A DNA stretch of 64,000 nt, from NCBI GenBank assembly GCA_947624565.1, contig CANQKX010000001.1, positions 44,587-108,586 of the forward strand, given 5' to 3'. Origin of the DNA: an uncultured Bacilli bacterium. GTDB taxonomy: Bacteria; Bacillota_I; Bacilli_A; RF39; UBA660. How positions within the stretch are numbered: position 1 is the first letter of the stretch; each line of letters begins with the position of its first letter. A program made the position numbers and the translations under genes. The notes under the pieces were generated by a model. It worked only from the letters and a program-made list of their open reading frames with translations. It was not told the origin of the DNA and searched no databases. Shown one piece after another: positions 60,164-64,000 of this stretch.

Positions 60164-60913
60164 ATGATTATTGATACACATTGTCATATGTATAATAGCG
60201 AATATGAACAAGCAGAAGAAATAATAAGACAATGTAATGATAATAATATATTTATGATTTTAAATGGAATTGATAAAAAAAGTAATGAAGAAATATTATA
60301 TCTTGCAGAAAAATACGATAATGTTTATGCTGCAATTGGGTATGATCATTCTACTGTGGATAAAATAACAGATGATGATTTATTACTACTAGAAAGTCAA
60401 TTACAAAATAAAAAAGTAGTGGCTATTGGAGAAATAGGACTTGATTATTATTGGATAAAAGAAAATAAAGATAAACAAAAAAAATTATTTGAGAATCAAT
60501 TATTACTTGCAGAAAAATATAATTTACCTGTTATAGTTCATAGTAGGGATGCTGTTCAAGATGTCTATGATATATTAAAAAAATATAATATAAAAGGTAG
60601 CATTCATTGTTATTCTGGAAGTGTTCAAATGGCAAAAGAATTTACAAAATTAGGATTTTATATTGGAATAGATGGACCTATAACTTTTAAAAATAATAAA
60701 AGACAAAAAGAAATAGTTAAAGAAATAGATAATAATTATTTACTAGTAGAAACTGATTCTCCTTATTTATCACCTGAACCAAAAAGAGGAGAAAAAAACA
60801 CACCATTAAATCTAGTATATATAATAGATAAAATAGCAGATGAACTAGAAATTGATAAGGAAGATATGAGTAATATTCTTACAGAAAATGCTAAAAGATT
60901 ATTTAAAATATAG
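60164..60913 (+). CDS. tatD: TatD-family metal-dependent deoxyribonuclease (YabD)
   Basis: MIIDTHCHM..., TIM-barrel hydrolase His/Glu/Asp pattern; 249 aa. Confidence 0.85.
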   Translation: MIIDTHCHMYNSEYEQAEEIIRQCNDNNIFMILNGIDKKSNEEILYLAEKYDNVYAAIGYDHSTVDKITDDDLLLLESQLQNKKVVAIGEIGLDYYWIKENKDKQKKLFENQLLLAEKYNLPVIVHSRDAVQDVYDILKKYNIKGSIHCYSGSVQMAKEFTKLGFYIGIDGPITFKNNKRQKEIVKEIDNNYLLVETDSPYLSPEPKRGEKNTPLNLVYIIDKIADELEIDKEDMSNILTENAKRLFKI

Positions 60914-60921
60914 GAGTTTAT

Positions 60922-61740
60922 ATGAAAGAAATAATAGAAAAATACGATTTTAAATTTAAGAAAAAATACGGACAAAATTTTTTGAAAGATAAAAATATAT
61001 TAGAAAGCATAGCGTTAAAAAGTGAAATAGATAAAGATACACTTGTAATTGAAATAGGAGTAGGTGCAGCATCTTTAACTAATTACTTAAGTTTATATTC
61101 AAAGAATGTTTTAGCATATGAAATAGATGAAACTTTGAAACCTATAATAGAAGAAGAATTGAAAGATAAAAACAATGTTGAAGTAAAATATATAGATTTT
61201 CTAGAAAGTAATGTAGTTGAAGATATAAAAAAATATGAGTATTCAAAGTTATATGTAGTTGCAAATTTACCTTATTATATTACAACTCCTATAATTGAAA
61301 AAATAATAAATGATAAATTAGATGTAGATAAAATAGTTATTATGGTTCAAAAAGAAGTTGGGGATAGATTTAGTGCTAAACCTTCAAGTAAAGAATATAA
61401 TTCTCTAACAGTTTTTTTAAATTATTATTTCGATATTAAAAAAATAATAAATGTATCTAGAAATTGTTTTATACCTGTTCCTAATGTAGATAGTGTAGTT
61501 ATAGAAATGAAACGAAAAAAAGATAAATATATTGTAAATAATGAAGAATTATTTTTTAAATTAGTAAGAGATTCTTTTAAATATAAAAGGAAAAATTTAA
61601 GAAATAATCTAAAAGGTTACAATTTAGATAAAATAAATAAAATATTATCTAAATATAATTTAGATTTAACTGTAAGAGCAGAAAATTTAACAATTGAACA
61701 ATTTATAGATATAAGCAATAAATTAAATGAAGAACAGTAA
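60922..61740 (+). CDS. rsmA: 16S rRNA (adenine1518/1519-N6)-dimethyltransferase RsmA/KsgA
   Basis: KKYGQNFL, IEIGVGAASLT, NLPYYITTPI. Confidence 0.9.
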   Translation: MKEIIEKYDFKFKKKYGQNFLKDKNILESIALKSEIDKDTLVIEIGVGAASLTNYLSLYSKNVLAYEIDETLKPIIEEELKDKNNVEVKYIDFLESNVVEDIKKYEYSKLYVVANLPYYITTPIIEKIINDKLDVDKIVIMVQKEVGDRFSAKPSSKEYNSLTVFLNYYFDIKKIINVSRNCFIPVPNVDSVVIEMKRKKDKYIVNNEELFFKLVRDSFKYKRKNLRNNLKGYNLDKINKILSKYNLDLTVRAENLTIEQFIDISNKLNEEQ

Positions 61741-61803
61741 CTTCATTTTTTTATTTTCATAAAATATAGTGTGTATAAGTCCATTGGGAGTGTGATAAAT
61801 ATA

Positions 61804-62586
61804 ATGATTAATGTAGGGGATGTTGTATCAAGAAATAAATACAATAATGATATGTTATTTAAAGTTGTTAAAATAGAAGATGATATATATTATTTAACAG
61901 GAATAGAAATAAGATTATGCGCAGATAGTAATTTATCAGATTTAAAAAAAGAAGATATAGTATTAGAAGATAGTAGCAATGATGATGAAAGATTATTAGA
62001 ATCACTAAATAACAATATAACAGAACAACGAGATGATTTTTTTTATATACCGGGCAAGATATTGCATATTGATGGGGATAATGAGTATCTAAAAAGATGT
62101 TTAAAATTTTATAAAAGTGCTGGATTAACTGCATATGGTGTATATGAAAAAGAAGAAAATTTATATAGAAATATTACTAAATATTTGGAAGATATAAAAC
62201 CAGATATAGTAATAATTACAGGTCATGATGCATATTATAAACAGAAAGGTGCGGATGAAAGAACATACAAAAATAGTGATAATTTTGCTAAGGCAATAAG
62301 GGTAGCAAGAAAATATGAAAAATCATATGATAAGTTGAAAATAATTGCTGGTGCTTGTCAATCAAACTATGAAGAGTTAATAAGTGCTGGTGCAAATTTT
62401 GCATCTAGTCCCAAGAGAGTAAATATACATGCCTTAGATCCTGCTATTATTGCAATTTCAATATCCAAAACTGAAAATACTAAAGAATTAAATATAATTG
62501 AACTACTTAATAAAACAAAATGTGGAAAAGATGGAATTGGTGGAATAAAATCTTATGGTAGTATGTATGTCGGTTATCCAAGATAA
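61804..62586 (+). CDS. yabG: sporulation-specific protease YabG
   Basis: MINVGDVVSRNKYNNDMLFKVVKIE...IRLCADSNLSDL matches the YabG N-terminus MQFQIGDMVARKSYQMDVLFRIIGIE...VRLIADSDFSDL. The track's start (61771) adds 11 aa with no RBS. Confidence 0.7.
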   Translation: MINVGDVVSRNKYNNDMLFKVVKIEDDIYYLTGIEIRLCADSNLSDLKKEDIVLEDSSNDDERLLESLNNNITEQRDDFFYIPGKILHIDGDNEYLKRCLKFYKSAGLTAYGVYEKEENLYRNITKYLEDIKPDIVIITGHDAYYKQKGADERTYKNSDNFAKAIRVARKYEKSYDKLKIIAGACQSNYEELISAGANFASSPKRVNIHALDPAIIAISISKTENTKELNIIELLNKTKCGKDGIGGIKSYGSMYVGYPR

Positions 62587-62594
62587 GGTGATCA

Positions 62595-62798
62595 ATGTAT
62601 CAGGATAAAAAAGAAGAATTATTAAAATTAAAGGGAAAAAATGTGACTGCTATAATAGATGAAGGAAGAAGTAGAAAAAGGATAGAAAAAGCAATAATAA
62701 AAGATGTATATGACAGAATTTTTACAATAGAAATAAATAACATGATTACATCATTTAGTTTTTCTGATTTAATTTGTAAAACAATTATACTAAAATAA
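62595..62798 (+). CDS. veg: Veg-family biofilm/sporulation-associated small protein
   Basis: ...GRSRKRIEKAIIKDVYDRIFTIEINNMITSFSFSDL follows the Veg pattern [24 protein letters not shown]...SYSYADIL. RBS AAGGTGA. Confidence 0.65.
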   Translation: MYQDKKEELLKLKGKNVTAIIDEGRSRKRIEKAIIKDVYDRIFTIEINNMITSFSFSDLICKTIILK

Positions 62799-62847
62799 GT
62801 ATAATTGTTTTAATTTTTATGATATAATTCACATAGTAGGTGAAATA

Positions 62848-63234
62848 ATGAAAAAAACAGGATTTACTTTGGTAGAATTATTAGCAGTTATATTTATAAT
62901 ATCATTGATATCAACATTAGCTTTTGTTACAGTTGAAAAAAAAGGGGAACAATTTAAAGATATATCATATAAAAAATTTGAAGATATGATAATAACATCT
63001 GCAAAAGAGCATATATCTAGTAATTATAATATTGATAATACTCTTAAAAGTGGTAAGAAAGTCACAATATCATTTGAAGATTTAGTAAATTCAAACAAAT
63101 TAGACAGCAAAAATTTACAAAACCCAAAGACAAATAATAAAATAGATATAAGTGCCTCAAATGTAACCATAAGTTATGTTGATTATAAATATAATTATGT
63201 AGTTAATATAGTAGATATTCAAAGCGATAATTAA
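62848..63234 (+). CDS. prepilin-type N-terminal cleavage/methylation-domain protein (type IV pilin / competence pseudopilin-like)
   Basis: Class III signal MKKTG|FTLVELLAVIFIISLISTLAFV (G-F-T-L-x-E), then a small C-terminal globular domain. RBS AGGTGA. Confidence 0.65.
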   Translation: MKKTGFTLVELLAVIFIISLISTLAFVTVEKKGEQFKDISYKKFEDMIITSAKEHISSNYNIDNTLKSGKKVTISFEDLVNSNKLDSKNLQNPKTNNKIDISASNVTISYVDYKYNYVVNIVDIQSDN

Positions 63235-63305
63235 TAAACTACTTGCTAAATTTTATCTAATATTGTATAATTATTGTAACGGATACTGGAAGGAGATGAT
63301 AGGTG

Positions 63306-63563
63306 ATGAAAGTTACATCAGTAAAAGTTAAAAAAATTGAAAAAGAAAATTCTAGAATGAAAGGACTTGCTTCTATATTATTAGATGATATGATAGCTAT
63401 TCATGATATTAGAATAATATCAGGCGATAATGGATTATTTGTAGCTATGCCTAGTAGAAAAACAGCAACAGGTGATTATAGAGATATAGTTCATCCTATT
63501 TCACAAGAAGCAAGAGATATAATTGAAGGCGCAATTATAGAAGAATATAATTCACAAGAATAA
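63306..63563 (+). CDS. spoVG: septation/sporulation regulator SpoVG
   Basis: MKVTSVKVKKIEKENSRMKGLASILLDDMIAIHDIRIISGDNGLFVAMPSRKT closely matches B. subtilis SpoVG. The ATG at 63306 follows GGAAGGAG. Confidence 0.85.
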   Translation: MKVTSVKVKKIEKENSRMKGLASILLDDMIAIHDIRIISGDNGLFVAMPSRKTATGDYRDIVHPISQEARDIIEGAIIEEYNSQE

Positions 63564-63632
63564 CTCTTATTTAAGAGTTTTTTTGTTCTAAAAAAATTGT
63601 ACAAGCATATTATCTACTATAAGGAGGATAAT

Positions 63633-63920
63633 ATGGAAATAGTAAAAGATGTTAATACAAATCTAAACCATTCATTTTCAGTATCAGAAAGAAAGAACAT
63701 AATAATATCAGGAGTTGTAAAAATAGATAGTTTTGATAATGAAGAATTTTTGATTGAAACAGTTCAGGGATATATGAATATAAAGGGAGAAAATTTAGAA
63801 GTAGTAAAACTTGATACTTATCAAGGAAATGTTACAATAAAAGGAAGAATTGATGCATTAAGTTATATAGATGAGAATGCAAAAAAAGAATCCTCTGTTT
63901 TTACTAGATTATTTAAATGA
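63633..63920 (+). CDS. yabP: sporulation protein YabP
   Basis: ISGVVKIDSFDNEEFLIETVQGYMNIKGENLEV matches the YabP core (LDGIVNVISFDDQEIIVETVQGVLTIKGEGLHI). The start at 63633 follows AAGGAGG. Confidence 0.65.
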   Translation: MEIVKDVNTNLNHSFSVSERKNIIISGVVKIDSFDNEEFLIETVQGYMNIKGENLEVVKLDTYQGNVTIKGRIDALSYIDENAKKESSVFTRLFK

Positions 63921-64000
63921 CATTAATAATTCAAATTAAGTCATTAGCATTTTCTTTTTTATATGGGATATTTTTTGCATTTACTTATAAAATTAATTAT
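63917..64000 (+). CDS. yabQ: probable spore cortex protein YabQ, N-terminal fragment (continues past the window end)
   Basis: ATG overlaps the yabP stop (ATGA). Hydrophobic N-terminus MTLIIQIKSLAFSFLYGIFFAF. Position as in B. subtilis yabP-yabQ. Confidence 0.4.
   Translation, partial: MTLIIQIKSLAFSFLYGIFFAFTYKINY

Noticed and set aside
1-64000. CRISPR arrays, rRNA/tRNA genes, IS elements, integrases or prophage blocks
   Set aside because: Scanned for regularly spaced direct repeats, rRNA/tRNA-like GC-rich islands and transposase or integrase-like ORFs; none were found. The only repeats are the 27-bp coding repeats and the short palindromic and direct repeats reported above.

Overview
Very AT-rich (GC roughly in the low-to-mid 20s % by eye) replication-origin region of a spore-forming Firmicutes (Clostridia-like) chromosome. 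Gene order largely follows the conserved Firmicutes origin layout: rsmG-mnmG ... mnmE-jag-yidC-rnpA-rpmH on the minus strand, then dnaA-dnaN-recF-gyrB-gyrA-tadA-dnaX-ybaB-recR-bofA-holB-ricT-rsmI-pth-mfd-spoVT-metG-tatD-ksgA-yabG-veg-spoVG-yabP-yabQ on the plus strand. A DnaA-box cluster sits upstream of dnaA. A sporulation island (spoIIID, spoIID, spoIIQ-like, spoIIR) and housekeeping genes (murA, prfA/prmC, rpoE-delta, argS, class A PBP) lie on the left. Notable accessory or atypical content: (i) an agr-type quorum-sensing locus with a convergent agrBD / agrAC architecture, whose AgrD propeptide gene (1361..1480) is missing from the ORF track; (ii) a ~6 kb insertion between mnmG and mnmE carrying an MBOAT/SGNH (PatA/PatB-like) O-acylation pair plus a large anchored Ig-repeat/transglutaminase-like protein; (iii) murE-murF and an unknown ORF inserted between rpmH and dnaA; (iv) a ComK-family gene between dnaN and recF and a lone prepilin-type pilin gene after veg; (v) a small SRP RNA with a near-consensus promoter upstream of tadA; (vi) three tandem 20-bp CACGTG-centred palindromes upstream of dnaX. 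No CRISPR, rRNA, tRNA or obvious prophage/IS elements were seen. Several ORF-track N-termini appear over-extended; internal starts with good RBSs are used below.
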